Shown: piece after piece, positions 23,031 to 36,526 of the stretch
Layout: each line of letters opens with the position of its first letter
Numbering within the stretch: position 1 is the stretch's first letter
Source: Polymyxa betae A26-41
Taxonomy: Eukaryota > Protista > Endomyxa: Phytomyxea
Length of the DNA stretch: 64,000 bases
Assembly: GCA_003693705.1 (NCBI GenBank)
Contig: RBZT01000215.1
Coordinates: 1 to 64,000, forward strand
Direction of reading: 5' to 3'
Made by a program: the position numbers and the translations under genes
The notes under the pieces: model-generated
What the model saw: the letters and a program-made list of their open reading frames with translations, nothing else
What the model was told of the DNA's origin: nothing
Database searches by the model: none

Positions 23031-26000
23031 TTAGGGGTCAGACTCGACAATGTCACGATCGTCAGCTTCCGAGGTCGCCGTGTGGAATTCGGTGACAACA
23101 TGGAAGCCATTCGGTCTATTATCGATCATCTGTGAAAGATTTGTGACAATGGCCAGTTCGTCGTCAGCATTCATCGAGTTGAGATCTGCCGTCTGGCAGA
23201 TGCCCCGAACGGCAACCAGAACGAAGTGGCATTGTCGGCAGGCAAAACTTGTCCACTCTCTTCTCAGAGTCATGGCCTTCGACGTCCCATTCCTGGCAGA
23301 GAAAATGTTCAATCTATATTACTGTTCCAGCGGGAAAAACGAAAACGTACACGACAAGTTGGTTGGTACGAGATCGCGATAGAATCAGGTCACCAACTGT
23401 CGACCGACGCCAATGGATTCGCGAAAAATCACGTCCATACAAGTTCCGGTAGCGCTTCATGGCACCCCAGCATGACGACAGTGAGCAATCGATGTCATCG
23501 CTGACCTGGGATGAGCGCTTAAGATGTGACAAAAGAAAACGGGAAGGAAGAGAGCACCTCACAGGCACAAGGCCGAACTTGGTCAACGATTCCAGCCACA
23601 GCCAGCTTGATCACCGACTCGGCGCAGAAACAACCGTACTGATTCTGCGATGATTTTACAGGCGGCGGGAGCGACGGATCGCTTGAAACCCACAACTGGA
23701 TGGCCGCCAAAATTCTCGGATCGATCACCGGGACAGTTTGGTTTTGGCGCAAGATCAAGAATGCCTCAAGCACAGAGACCCGATATGTTCGTATCAGGAA
23801 CACGAGCACAACGACAAAAGGCGTCGTCGGGTCGCTGCCGCAGATCAACACGGCGTTTCCCTTGAGAATGCTGTCGATCATCTGGTTCGCACATGGATCT
23901 GCAAAATTTCGAATCCATTCCGCTGCAAACCCGTGAGTTAAGTTGAACTGAAGACAATGCTCGAAGCAGACCTAGACCGGCAACCAAGCGCTGTCTATCA
24001 CGTTCGCGGATGTCCAGTGGTAGCGAATTGCAGCCCCCGGCGTACTTTCCGCCAAGAATCATGATGTTGCGATTTGACATGTTCCAAGGCGATGACTGGT
24101 CGCACCCTTGCACGCCGCAATGCACGATCTGGGCGAAGCCGGCGCGGTAAATCTGGGGCAGAACCTAAAATCTTCGATTACACCTGGTTCTATGGGGCGG
24201 TTACGATGAAAACCTTCGCTGGGAAGTCTGCGCAGGCGGCGACCCAGCACATTGTTGTCACGCGGCGAATCGATCGAATTATTCTGGATGGAATGCGGTT
24301 TGATTGCGGAAAACAATCCCTCTGCCAGGACGGGTTGTCAGCCCAGCCTTAGCCTTACTGATCCATATTCGCTTACCAGCGCTTCATATGTTATGATGCG
24401 TTCGGATTGGGCACTGATCGGGGACGACAAGGAAGGGGTCGACGACAATTTAACTGATGTGGGCTCAACAGCATTGATGTTGCGGACAACCACACTTTTC
24501 GAGAACGATCCTTCAACTTTGTACTTTCTCCCAATGCAGTTCAGCTTCAGCAAAGATCGTTTTATGCCTATTCGCGCCGATCGCATCCTTCGAAACATCG
24601 GTGACTGCTTCTGTGTTTTGTGACGGTCGATCTGACAACGGGTTAAAAATAAATTTAAACGACGTGAACTCCAGGTACCTGGATTTGATGGATAACGGAA
24701 CGCAATTGATGAAACATGGTCAGCACATTTTGTATATCAGGACGTCGTTTAACATTCCGTATCAAGACAGCCGAAAGAAACCCGGTGATCGCGTCGCTGA
24801 TCCCTTCCCCAAATAAACTCGCCAAAGTTGATTTTTGTTTATGAGCAACAACCGGCTGCGATTTTGAGATCACCTGCACCATCCTTAAGCCGCATATCAA
24901 AATTAAACGGAAATAAAACTGCAGAAACGGTGTATCATCAGTGAAAACTAAATTCACCAACCTGGAAGAAGATGGGCATTCCATGTTTCTCTTCGAACAA
25001 GAATTCCCCTGTTAAAAGCTCATAAAGCAAACAGCCAATGGCCCAGATATCTGCTCCTGACGAGACGAGCTGCTTCTCGCGGAGCTTACCCGAAGTCGAA
25101 TTTGAACGCCTTTTCGATTCATTATCCGGAGCGGTCAGCGATAAAATTTCGGGGCTCTGAATGTTCTCGGTACCACGCCCAATCAACGAATTTCCTTCTT
25201 CTCCCAGCGATGGGTTCCACATGAGTGATTCTCCAAAATCCGTCAACGCCACCTGAATCGATTCTTTTGTCTCAGGCATCTTACTACGTGAAGGTTTCTG
25301 TGTCATTGGACGGATCAGGACGTTGTCGCATTTCAAATCGAAATGAACGCAATTGTTGGCATGTAGATCGCTAACAGCATAAAGAACATCGTTGTACATA
25401 TTCAAACACGTTTCCAGCATTTCCTGGTTCGCTTCCTGTTGCTTTTCGGTCGACTTCACATCGGGCATCGTCCCCAGCGGATTCACAGCAAGCGAATTGG
25501 CATTAGATAGACGCCATTGCCTCAGCGACATTGGGTATAGCGACATAATTAACTGATATCCGTTCTCATTGACACCGTAATCGTATAGATGGCTGATATG
25601 AGCGCAATTGCGAAATCTGAATCGTGATTTAATTCAAATGAACATCGTGTTAACCGTTTGATAATTTACCTTTCCATGACAGCAATTTCAACGAATAGAT
25701 CGTGAACAACGCAATAATCGTGGTATGCGAAAGGAACGTCAACTACCTTGACAGCAACTGGCTCATTATGATGGGGATAGCTGCTCTCAAATATCGCACC
25801 AAACCGCCCTTTCGCCTAGATAACCCATTGGTTCTAGCATTTCGAAAGTTCATTACTCATACCTTTCGGTGTTTGTGGATCACGCCCGACGAATGAAAAG
25901 TTTGAATCGAAAGCAGGCGGAGAAGTCTGTACGGGGCCTGACCAGCCCTGATCTCAAACGCCTCCAGCTTCTCAAACGCCCGAGCATTGGCCGGATAATT

Positions 26001-29000
26001 GAGATGCTGGTGCAAAATAAACGGGATGTTCAACTGATGCGGCAAATTCGTTAATGGCATTCGGTGACAGAGCTGTTCGTTCAGCGTCATCTGATTCCGC
26101 GCGATCATTAAACGAAGCAGCAAACGGATCATGGCAATATGCAAATCGGGATCGTGATACATTGGGCGTTGTTGGCGCTTCTCAAAATACCGATGCTGAA
26201 TTTGAGTGGGCCCAACGCTGCTTGCTACCGACCCAACGCGAACTCGGGCTGAAGATGCCCGAGATTTCAGGGTGCCTGCTGAATTCCCACCCCCAGATTT
26301 CACGGATCCGCCAGATTTCACAGAATGCCCTGATTTTACCGAATTCATTGATTTGCCAGTCGAAATCGTTTTGGATTTCGGTCCCGAAAAGGCCAAAGAC
26401 GAGCGCATCGCCGAATCCGTACTAAAATGCCGAGCTAACAGGTGAAATGCGCCTTGACCGGTCTCGATACTGGCCCGCCGTAAGCTGGCGATCGGACCCG
26501 AAATCTTTTTCATGGCTCTAACCAGAACAGTTTCTTCGGGTTCGTCGGAATCGTATGTTGAGGACGACTGCTCATCGAATTTGTCGTCTTGGGCGCTGTC
26601 AGATACCCCGTCATCGTACTCGGATTGCATCTGCGAGTCAAAAGACGACCGCTTCGAATTCTTGGTACTTTCCCGTAATTTCGAATCTTTAATACCACGA
26701 AAGGATGACCTGGAAGAGCGATGTCGCATCTTGCGATTTTCATCGGCTTCGCGAAGAATGCGCTGTTCGATGTATTCGGTGTTGGTCGATTTCGAGGTCT
26801 GAATCGAGTTCCGTTTCAGATGCAAACGAGGGACGATCGTTATCGGTCTCTGGGAGGTGACCGATTGCGACGATGGATCGATGACGCCGGGGATATCGAC
26901 GACATCATTGAGCGATGAAGGCCCCGTGTTGTCTCGAGGTTCAGGCGAATTTGGATCGGCATCATTGGGGGATCCAGTCACGGTGATTTTGGATATCGAG
27001 GCGAGACGATTGTGCATTCCGTTTGGGAGGCCGACCGAGTCCGATGAGTCGTCTCTTATGAAGCCATCGGGATCGTTCACGTTTTGATATCTGGACAAGG
27101 CGATGTCGTTATCTGGTGCCATTGTTGACCGACGGCGGTGGATATGTCGTAAGACAACCTTGTGAGGTAGCCTGGATTCATATTCTAATGACATTTCATT
27201 CGCCAGGAATAGGGCGACCTGAGGTTTCTCAAATTGTGACATGGCCTGTTTCGTGCGTGTTTCAGCCAGCGATAAAAGCAGCTGCATATGTAGGCGGCAA
27301 AGGCGAAGGTCAACGGGAGATATTTCAGTCTTGCAGTATCGTGATACGAACATCTTATAATGCCATGAGACCCTGTCTTGATGTTGATCGGCGTATTGGG
27401 ACGTTAACAGCTCCATACGCAAAGTCCCCCGAGAGAGAACGTCGAAAATTTTATCTAGAAAGGTGAAGCGGTTCGGCGCATTAGCAAAGGGACCTTCGTC
27501 ATCAGACAGCAGATGCACCCATTTGTAAAGGACGCCGTCCGGGAAACCATAAATGACCCGCGAATTAGAATACAGTTTTTGAACTCGTTTCGGCATCGCC
27601 TTCAGCCGTTGGTTCAATTTAGGAACTTGACGGAACAAGTTCAGGCATGCATCGAGAAAACCGGAGACAGCCTCAGACATCTGCGGTTGTATGACACGAT
27701 TCATGAGATTGCCGATGCGTTCGAAAACATTGATATCGCGAACCAGGTTGACGTAAATCATATTGCTGAGCGACGGCGAATCACTGAATTTACAGATGGC
27801 TGACCAGATCCGGATTAATGATGTCATCGTTGAAATTGTTTCCTCTGAAGGAAGAAGTTCGATCGATGCCAGTTGCGAAACGTGTCTGAAAAGTTCGGCG
27901 GCGGCCAGAAGCAGCAGTTCAGGTCGGGTACAGCGAGAAGAATCGGCTTCAAGAAATGCAGCCGTGATGCGTAGCATGGCGTCGGTTGCTCGCGATGTTT
28001 GTGCTGACAACGGGATAATCCGTCGAACAATAACATCAATAAACGAAACAGATTTAATCGAGCGCTGTTCACAAACAGATATTAACTTGACCAGCATGGC
28101 CTCTGCGGATGGTATCGTGGTCGGTAGAAGTAACTCGGTCACATTCAAAAGCGCACCGGGATTGATAGGAAGTGTATACGATTCGGGCAATCCGGATATT
28201 AGATGGATTAAAATTCGAATCGTAATCATCGGAGCGGTTTGAGGCAACACGCTATTCTTGATTGGCGGCGATGATTTTTCTGGCTGAATCGGAATCAAAG
28301 CTCGGGTGAAACCTCGCTGCGAGGTCATGCGCATGTCGCGAATATGATGGAGAAGCGGAGCCAGCTCGACCACGACTGCATCCTGTCCAGCTCGATATCC
28401 CACCGAATCAGCGGACAGATCGACGCTGGTAAGAATTGATTTCACTGGCGTGACCAGATTCAGACCGAGCGGCTCATCATCATGACTGGTAAAACGCATT
28501 AACGCTCGTGGCCGGTTTAAAGGCGTGCGGCGCTCTTTGTTTTCGTCGTTCTTATTGTCCTCATTACTGCCGACCTCCCAGTTCATGAATTTCAACAAAT
28601 GGAATAGATGTTGAATGGCGTGCTGATCGACGGCCGCAATACAAGCCAATGCTGAACGTGAAACAAGCGCCAGAAACACGATCAAAAGCTGGACGGAATG
28701 AGATGAATTCCCAATTGCAGTCAACAACGAGTTGATAACTTCGTCGACAAAGTGTTGGCAATTGTTCGCCATCTGCACGACAATGCTCGATATATAATCG
28801 GTCAATAAGCTATTCTTAGGACGCTCGGTGAGGCATTTCAGCATGACCGAAATTAGACCACGCTGGTGCCAGACTGAGGCCGGAATCGCAGACCATAACG
28901 GATGGAACGATCGAAGTTGTTCCAAACGCTCCGATGGGGAAGACGCAGTCGCGATTTTGTCAATAGCGAAATCAGCAGTTATGACAGCTGGTGCCTGATC

Positions 29001-29855
29001 CGGATCGCGAAATGCCGACAAAATGGATTTGGAAATAGCGATTTGGTTGACAGATTTTCTTAAAATAATATCGATTGGCAATGCTTTTTGGAAAATCAGA
29101 GGCGGAGTGACGAACCGAGCCAACCCAATAGGCATTGCTGCCCAGATCGTGTGATTCTCCATGTCGACAGTTACGGAAAACGTATGGCATCCATTGCCGA
29201 TTTGGAAATTCCCATCGTTAAACACACCGTTGAGGGAGAACACACGAAACAGACTAGGACGAGCCAGAGCGGGAAAAATGGCAATTGGTTGTGATAAAAG
29301 AGCACGACGTATAATGCGATCACTATTGGCATGAGCATCGATAAAAAACCGGCTATTAGTGACTCGTTTGATTAAAGTTTTGACTTTCGGAACGAACTTG
29401 AATATGGTTCGACGAAGAAACCGCCGCCGTTCTGCTGTTTCAATTAAACCTTTCATGGAAGTATCGTTCCCAAAAACTGAAATTCGAACTTGAATATTGA
29501 CTGGGACATGGACGCAACTGGAGCCGATTTTTGCTGCTAATAATAAAGGCCTTGGCTGGTCCAATGCGCCGCGCTCTATCCACATCGTGCACGACCCAGA
29601 AGGAAAGCTTGCCATTGTCTGTTCCAACGAATCGATATCGCTGAATACGGAATCTAACTGCATCCCAGAACCCAGATCTACCAAGACCCGATTTGAACAT
29701 TGTTCAGGCAAATTTAGCAACGACATGGAACAATAGCCATACTTGGCAATAAGATCATCGCTGGTCATTTTGAGTTTCGAAACATTCACCCAAGGCAGAG
29801 GTTGTTGAATTGCATTATCGCTATCCGTCGGTTCTCCTGGAGATCCAGACGACAT
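23031..29855 (-). CDS. Large protein: ~1330-aa helical N-terminus, Ser/Thr kinase, DSP-like domain and Cys-rich C-terminus
   Basis: Kinase motifs after splicing: AKGRFGAIF, VAVK, HFDLKCDN, DFG, SPE, DIWAIGC; downstream exons continue on the same strand. Confidence 0.8.
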
Positions 29856-30598
29856 CACCGGCGCCTGACCCGCTCGCTCTGCCCTTAGTCGCCCATGCAC
29901 GACCTAAGAGTGGGCATGGGATGATCTGTCACTGCCTGCTTTCTGCACAGTGCCCATTGCGATCGCCATTCGCCTGCATTGAAGCTGTGGCGGGCATTGC
30001 CGGCCGCCCTCTGAACACCTGCCTGCAGAAGCCTAGCTGCAGCGACAACATCTTCATCATCGTTATGAAGACATCAAAGAGACCTGATCACGACTGGGTC
30101 GGGTTACGTAAACCCGTAATGACTGGTCACCTCGGATAGCAGATCTATCAATGCAGAAACCCTAATTCTATATGCTGCCATAGTCGCTAGTATTCTGTTG
30201 CAGGTTGATTCTGGGCGGGAACTGGAAGTGCAGACCAGACCTGGATTGGGTTTATCCAGCGATTGCCAACAGTGCACGGGCGGGTGCTTGCCGTGCCCAA
30301 CGATCAAGTGCAGACTACAAAGGTCTATTTTAGTTGACAGGTTATCAATTCGAGAGATTGTCGGAAGATATTCTATGTAATAGGTCAATTAGAATGTTTA
30401 TTACAAGGATTTCGCATTAGATAATCCAAACCCACAATGAACTCGACTACAAGCGCTCATGATGAGCGCTGTTCGGGGTTAGCAAATAAATATATATTCA
30501 GTGCTCACGCATCACCAGCAATCACAAGACTGTGTTGCGAGACTAACAACAAGAAAGAGCAGGATTGCAGAATAAACCCGAATGGCAGCGAGGATCGT

Positions 30599-32435
30599 CT
30601 AAGAGCCGAATATAGACGACAGAAATCCCATATCGGCTTGATCGTCGGTGTCGTTATCATCATGTTCCAACGCACGACGCGCTTTTTCGCGTTCTTCAGA
30701 AATTTGTCGATTTCTTTCTTCTTCGCGCAGAGCAAATTCAGCGGCACGTTTCTTTTCTTGTTCTTCGCGCTCCTTCCTAGCTTGCTCGTCCAGTCTAGCT
30801 CTCTCCTGAGCCTGTCGATCGAGTTCCAGCTGACGGGCTCTTTCTTTCTCCATCATCTCTTTCTTACGTTGCTGAGCTTCAGCACTCATGTTCTGATAGT
30901 CGCTCCACAGAGGATCTTTCTTCTCATCAGTCTTTTCTTCAACACGGGGTTCTTCCGCAGAAAGATTGCTCCAGGCATCTGTATTGACTACTTCTTCGGC
31001 TCTTGTATCGCTTTCCTGCAATGGTTGTTGACCGGAAATCGGTAAAGGTGGAGGCACCACATGGTCATCCTCGCTACTTTCCGATTCCAAACCACTTGAC
31101 GACGAGGAATCAGAATCAGATTCACTGTTGATAATAGCAGTAGCGACAGAGGTCATCGAATTGGATAGCTTTCGCGACGGAGCAGGTGGAGGACGGGGCC
31201 GAGAAGTGCTTTTAGGTAAAACACTGGCAACAAACTGCTGCAGCTGTCGTTGAGTCTCAGCTGGAAGCTTATCGACATCGACGTGAAGCACGCCTCCTGC
31301 TTCAGAGTCCGGTTGGTTGACAACGGTCGATCCAGTGATTTCAGCAATTCTCGGGTACAGTTCCGAAGGAACTTTAACCAGATCAGCTCGTAGCTTGGAC
31401 ATTTCCAATAAAGAAAGCGGCCGCGTGATTGCCGGAGCTGCACTCAGGCCTGTCGCCGGAACCGGGGGAACAGGCGTCTCCATTGCAGCACTGCCTCGAC
31501 ATTCAAACAAAACTGAAGATCGAAAAAGCAATGACTTACGCATCACCCTTGCTAGCAGTCATTAACGTCTTCCTACGTTCACGCTTTAGGTAGTCCTTCT
31601 TCCGATTCCATATCCGTTCCATTTCGAGAGTAGCCTCATGGACGAACGATTTCGGCAGATTGAATTTCTTGGCGTTGTCCCAGACCAGCTGAACGTCGGC
31701 GATGAAAGCAGACAGCGTGGTATAATTCGCCGACAATAATCTCTGACGGATCGTCCCCAGGTCCATCGGATGCTTGATAATTTCAGGATATGATGGTAGT
31801 CCGAGTGCGACCCAGTCAACAGGGGTGGCGAATACATCCCCATATTGATTATGAATCAGATCGTCAATAATGCGAATGCAAGCCTTGAGCGATACCTCAA
31901 CGCTATCATCATCAACAATTGGAGGTGGGATTGGGCGCGATTCCTTTTTTTTAACGGAAGGAATAGACTTCCGTCTGGCGGTTGCCGCGCGCGCAGGCGT
32001 TTGGATACCATTATCAACCGGACCTGCATTCGAATCGGCAGGCACCAATTGCGAAGGCGGTGGCCCGATGCCATTCGCGTGATTGCGCTCGACAGCGAGC
32101 GCAACTTGCAAGCGTTTCAAATAGCCTTCGAGCTCAAGCTTTCGTTGCTGCAGTCGGTTTCTTTTGATAATAAGGTCATCAGGGGATTTTGAACCCGCTA
32201 CAGATGAACGGCGACGTTTCCGCTGAGATGGAGACGTGGCGTCACCGCCATGACTGATTTCGTCATCGTTCACTTTCAAACGCTGCGACCGAGCCGGATG
32301 ATCATACAAGAATTCGGCGCTCAGATTGACCTTCCGGCGAGACCGTTTTCCGGTGACGATGAGCGACTGAGCCTCAGCCTGGTCTGTGGACGAAGCTGGC
32401 GGCGGAATCGGCTCAGTATCGCCCATGACCAGCAT
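30599..32435 (-). CDS. BET/GTE-family protein (bromodomain, ET/NET domain, coiled C-terminal motif)
   Basis: F.TPVD..LGLPSY.EIIKHPMDLGTI..NAKKFN; ET-like VDVDKLPAETQRQL; one intron near 31540-31495. Confidence 0.9.
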
Positions 32436-32702
32436 AGACCGGGCGAGCGCGATCGGCTGTGACGAGAAACGAGAGGCTCTGAAATGGACACCCCCTTCCT
32501 CGAATTAAAAGAGACGCAAAATGGAGATCTGCGCAATCCGTCGCGGAGTAGCCACAGCCACTGAACTGTTGATAGACCTGTTAACTGGTGCCCGCATCTC
32601 GTTCGATTATGTTGGCGCCATTTATCTCGCTCAACGCGCGTGTCGCTCTCACACCCTGTCGCAATTTTCGCGGCGCTGGAGAATGTCTGGAACTCGATGG
32701 AT

Positions 32703-33380
32703 CCAGCCGACAATTCGATGTCCATGGATCAGTGGCTTTTTGAAGCATACGGTTGAAGCCTCCGATCTCCGACAGAGAGTCTAACATTATAGACATGCGT
32801 ATCATAGTATTTGCAGAATATATACGACCTATGAATAAACACAATGGTAGCTTGGTGCCAATCGTGCGTTGGGATAGGAGAACTGACTGATGATGTAAAA
32901 GAGCGAACGCCTGATAGACTTGACAAGAAGCGATAAACAATATTTTCCTGTGACCAGAATCAGACAGGAATTGTTGGTTAGTAGGAGGGTGTACCGTTCA
33001 TAATCCTTTAAATGCTCATAATTATAACAATGCCTGCCGCAGCCAGATTAATACTTGCTCTATTAATAAATGCCACTCTGAAGGCAATGGTAGATGCAGT
33101 AATTCGCATCAAAAGCGTAATAAATTGAACATAGGCAGAAGAATTTGTGCCAAAAGACCGACTAGGAGGGCTAAAGCCAGGCTTAGTCATATCTATCGCT
33201 CCTCATCTGCTGATGTTAATAGCGCTAGTCGCTTTCGCCACCGGTGCAGCATCGGCAGCGCTCTATATATGCCTCTGGGGAAGATACCACAACGTCAACG
33301 TGAACTACGTCTCTTTTTTGCCCAAACAAAGTTGGCGCAAGCGGAACTCGGCAGATAGCAATAGCGGGACGCGACGGTGA
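32703..33380 (+). CDS. Possible multi-exon hypothetical gene
   Basis: Plausible splice sites and short ORFs, no recognisable domain. Confidence 0.25.
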
Positions 33381-33416
33381 AATTATTGCTTTCATTACAA
33401 TATAACTCCCCGATCA

Positions 33417-36146
33417 TCACCTGGTCGTATGACCTGGCGTGCTGGACAGTATCGAGAGGAAAGCTTCCTGAGGGACTTCGATTTTGCCGATAGCCTTCAT
33501 GCGTTTTTTTCCTTTACTCTGCTTTTGAAGCAATTTCATTTTCCGAGTTCTAAACGAATCTTGTTACTGAGTATCGAAATATTTGAGAAATCAAACCTGT
33601 CACCGCCACCCACAGTTTTCCCTGATTTTGTCAGAACATCTTTTCGGTATGGTGGTATACGCTCGCGGGCTACGATTTTGCTGCCTATTGCAGCCTAATA
33701 TGTTAAATTAGTTTTCTGAATCAGAGATTTGATGTCGAACTTTTACCTGGATAACGACTTCAAATGATTGTCGATCTATATTGGCTTTGAGACGTGATGC
33801 GATTCCTGACAGTCTTCACTTAAGTAACAGAAACCTTAAATGCACAACACTACCCTTGCCGATCGTATGACTGTTTTCACGAACACATATTGTGGACAGG
33901 GCATCAACAGGTTTTCCATTCAATAGAATATCAAGCAAAACGAGGTCGGCTTCTTCGAGACCAGCTTCTTCGTAGTCAAAGCTGGCATATCCAGCTGACA
34001 GCGACTTAACTTGAGAATAAAAGTCTTCGACGATTTCACTCATAGGAATGCGATACTTCATTATGACTGAAGAGTCATCAAGGAACTGGTGGGATTGGTG
34101 AACCCCGCGTCTGTTTTTGCAAAGCTCCTGGATTTTGCCTAAAACAGACTTGAGCCACAGGTAATAAGGTTTACGAAAGGGAATAAAAGGTAAAAATTAA
34201 CATCAGATGCAAACGTACCCATATATGTTTCAGGGCATATGATGGTTGCAAGGATGAGCGGTTCCAAAAATCTTTCGACTTTGCTGGGATCCGGGAACGT
34301 TGTCGGTGAAGAGATAGTCAGTTGCTCGCCAGTGTATTTCATGATGGCTATGCAAGGCACAATCGGTGCAGTTACGATAGTAGTAAGATAAAATTCGGTT
34401 TCCAAGCGGTCCTTTACGACTTCCAGGTGCAAAACTCCCAGCAGACCGCAACGGAAACCGCTTCCAAGGGCTGCGGATGTTTCCTTCTGGACCTGGATGC
34501 TGATATCGCTCATTGTCAACTTGTTGAAAGCGTCTTGCAATCGCTCAAGGTCATCAGCATCAACAGGGAACACCGAAGCCCAGACCATGGCTTTTGGTGC
34601 TGAAAACCCTACAAAATTCTCATCATTGAACGAGTAAGTACTCATTCGAGATTGAAGAACAAGCAAAATTTTCAAATAACGTATGGTATGAAAATTACCT
34701 GGTAGCGGCTCCATCCCAGCAAACAAGCTATTTGGAGCATCTCCAACAGCAATCTTGGGCGGAGCATCCTTAATAGTGAAGACAGTGTCGCCCAGCTTCA
34801 AATGTTGTAGCGTTTTTACTCCAGCGATAACGTATCCTATTTGCCCAGCACGTAATTTCCCAGTCATTAAGGGTGTAGGTGTAACGATCCCGACTTCTTG
34901 GACGACGTAATTGGATTGAGAATGAAATACCCCGATTCTGTCACCAACAGCGATGCAGCCATTATCAACGCGAACCAGGGCAACCGCACCACGATAAGCG
35001 TCGAACCAAGCGTCCACGATCAAGGCTCGCGTATCTAGGTAATCTCCGGTTGGGATCGGCGGCCTAACACGTGATATAACAGCATCCAGAACATCTGAAA
35101 TACCAGTCCGAGTCTTGGCTGATGATGCTATAACTGAAACATACAGTTGTTAGAGATATTTGATTTTAAAAACCATAGGAAGCAGATTGGAAGCAAGAAA
35201 ACTATAACAAACAAAAAGAGAACGTCATAATCACGCTGAAAAACTTACCGGTATCTGGATCGATATCGAAAACAGTGAAAAGTTGTTCAATGACACGAGC
35301 AGGCTGTGCAGCAGGTAAGTCGCATTTAGTCAGAACCGGGACGATATTAAGCCCCGAATCGCGAGACAGTTTACAAACTGCAAGCGTTTGCGCTTGCAGG
35401 CCTTGCGAAGCATCGACCGCCAAAATAGCGCCCTCGCAAGCGCTCACCGATCGTAACACTTCGTGTGAGAAATCGACCTTTGACATACATTATAACCCTT
35501 ATAAATGAGCAAAACCGGGAGCTCACATGACCAGGCTGCCAGCCAAGTCAATATGAGATACACCCAACATCAAGGCGGATAACCGTATCGATTAATTGCA
35601 ATAAGTGATTAGAATACGCCATTGAAGCATGCTGAGCTTTAACTGTTATGCCTCGTTCCTTCTCGACCTGCAGTGTATCTAGCACCTGTAGAGCATCAAT
35701 TGAATAGGGCATTAAAACCGGGCACAAGCGCACCTGGCAGTGTACTTCGCTCCCAGCAGCTATCTTTGGTATATTGCCCTAAAGGTGTTATGTCGATGGA
35801 GTATTCAAGTTTCGAAGTCGATGCTACCGTGGCTTCAAGCAGTCTGATGAATGAGTTCGCAATTGAAATGACACAGACGAGCAGATTCCGTTACCTATCA
35901 GCTAATGTCGACTTCCCATGATCAACGTGAGCAATGATGCAGAAATTTCTAATGATAGACCTATCCAAATTTTCCCCTGATGACAATTTTCGGTGTCCGA
36001 AACCAAACACCAAACAGCGGCAGCGTACGCGTAGCCATGGAAGTCACGAGGCTCAGATCTGCCCGGTCGGTAGCTGCAACAGAAATCTTGGCCCTGCTCC
36101 ATCCCAACGGTTTTGGTATGACTAGCGTCAGCAACCTCATGACCAT
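33417..36146 (-). CDS. GUF1: Mitochondrial translation factor GUF1/LepA (EF4)
   Basis: [19 protein letters not shown]; [12 protein letters not shown]; [14 protein letters not shown]; GYASFDYE; [16 protein letters not shown]. Confidence 0.95.
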
Positions 36147-36180
36147 CTCATGCAGGTGACCTCGATCTTTCAAAGGGGCT

Positions 36181-36421
36181 ACGCACTCGACTGTAACATT
36201 ACCGAGCCGTCAATGATTTCAATGGATTCATATTGGCATTATTTGGCTCTCTAGTTTATTATGCAATCGAGTGTAAAATTACCGAGCCGTTAATGACTTG
36301 AATGGATTCATGTTGGCATTATTTTGGCTCTCTAGTCTATTATGCACTCGAGTGTAACATTACAGAACCGTCAATGACTTGTATGGACTCAAGTTGGCAT
36401 TATTTGGCTCTCTAGTCTATT
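36181..36421. repeat. Three tandem 80/81-nt units, each able to fold as an imperfect hairpin
   Basis: Units 36181-36260, 36261-36341 and 36342-36421. Confidence 0.95.
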
Positions 36422-36526
36422 ATAGAGTTTGGAGGGTGGGGTATGTATTGTTCTATATCAGACAGTGTTTGTTCATTCTGTAATGGTGGTCTTGGCAGAG
36501 TAGTGTTGTAAAGGGCGGAGAGCAGT

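Noticed and set aside
30437-31045. 202-aa Phe/Leu-rich + strand ORF
   Set aside because: Antisense mirror of the Glu/Lys/Arg-rich BET C-terminus
36181-36421. CRISPR array or snoRNA cluster
   Set aside because: No unique spacers and a eukaryotic context; no C/D boxes or correctly spaced H/ACA boxes
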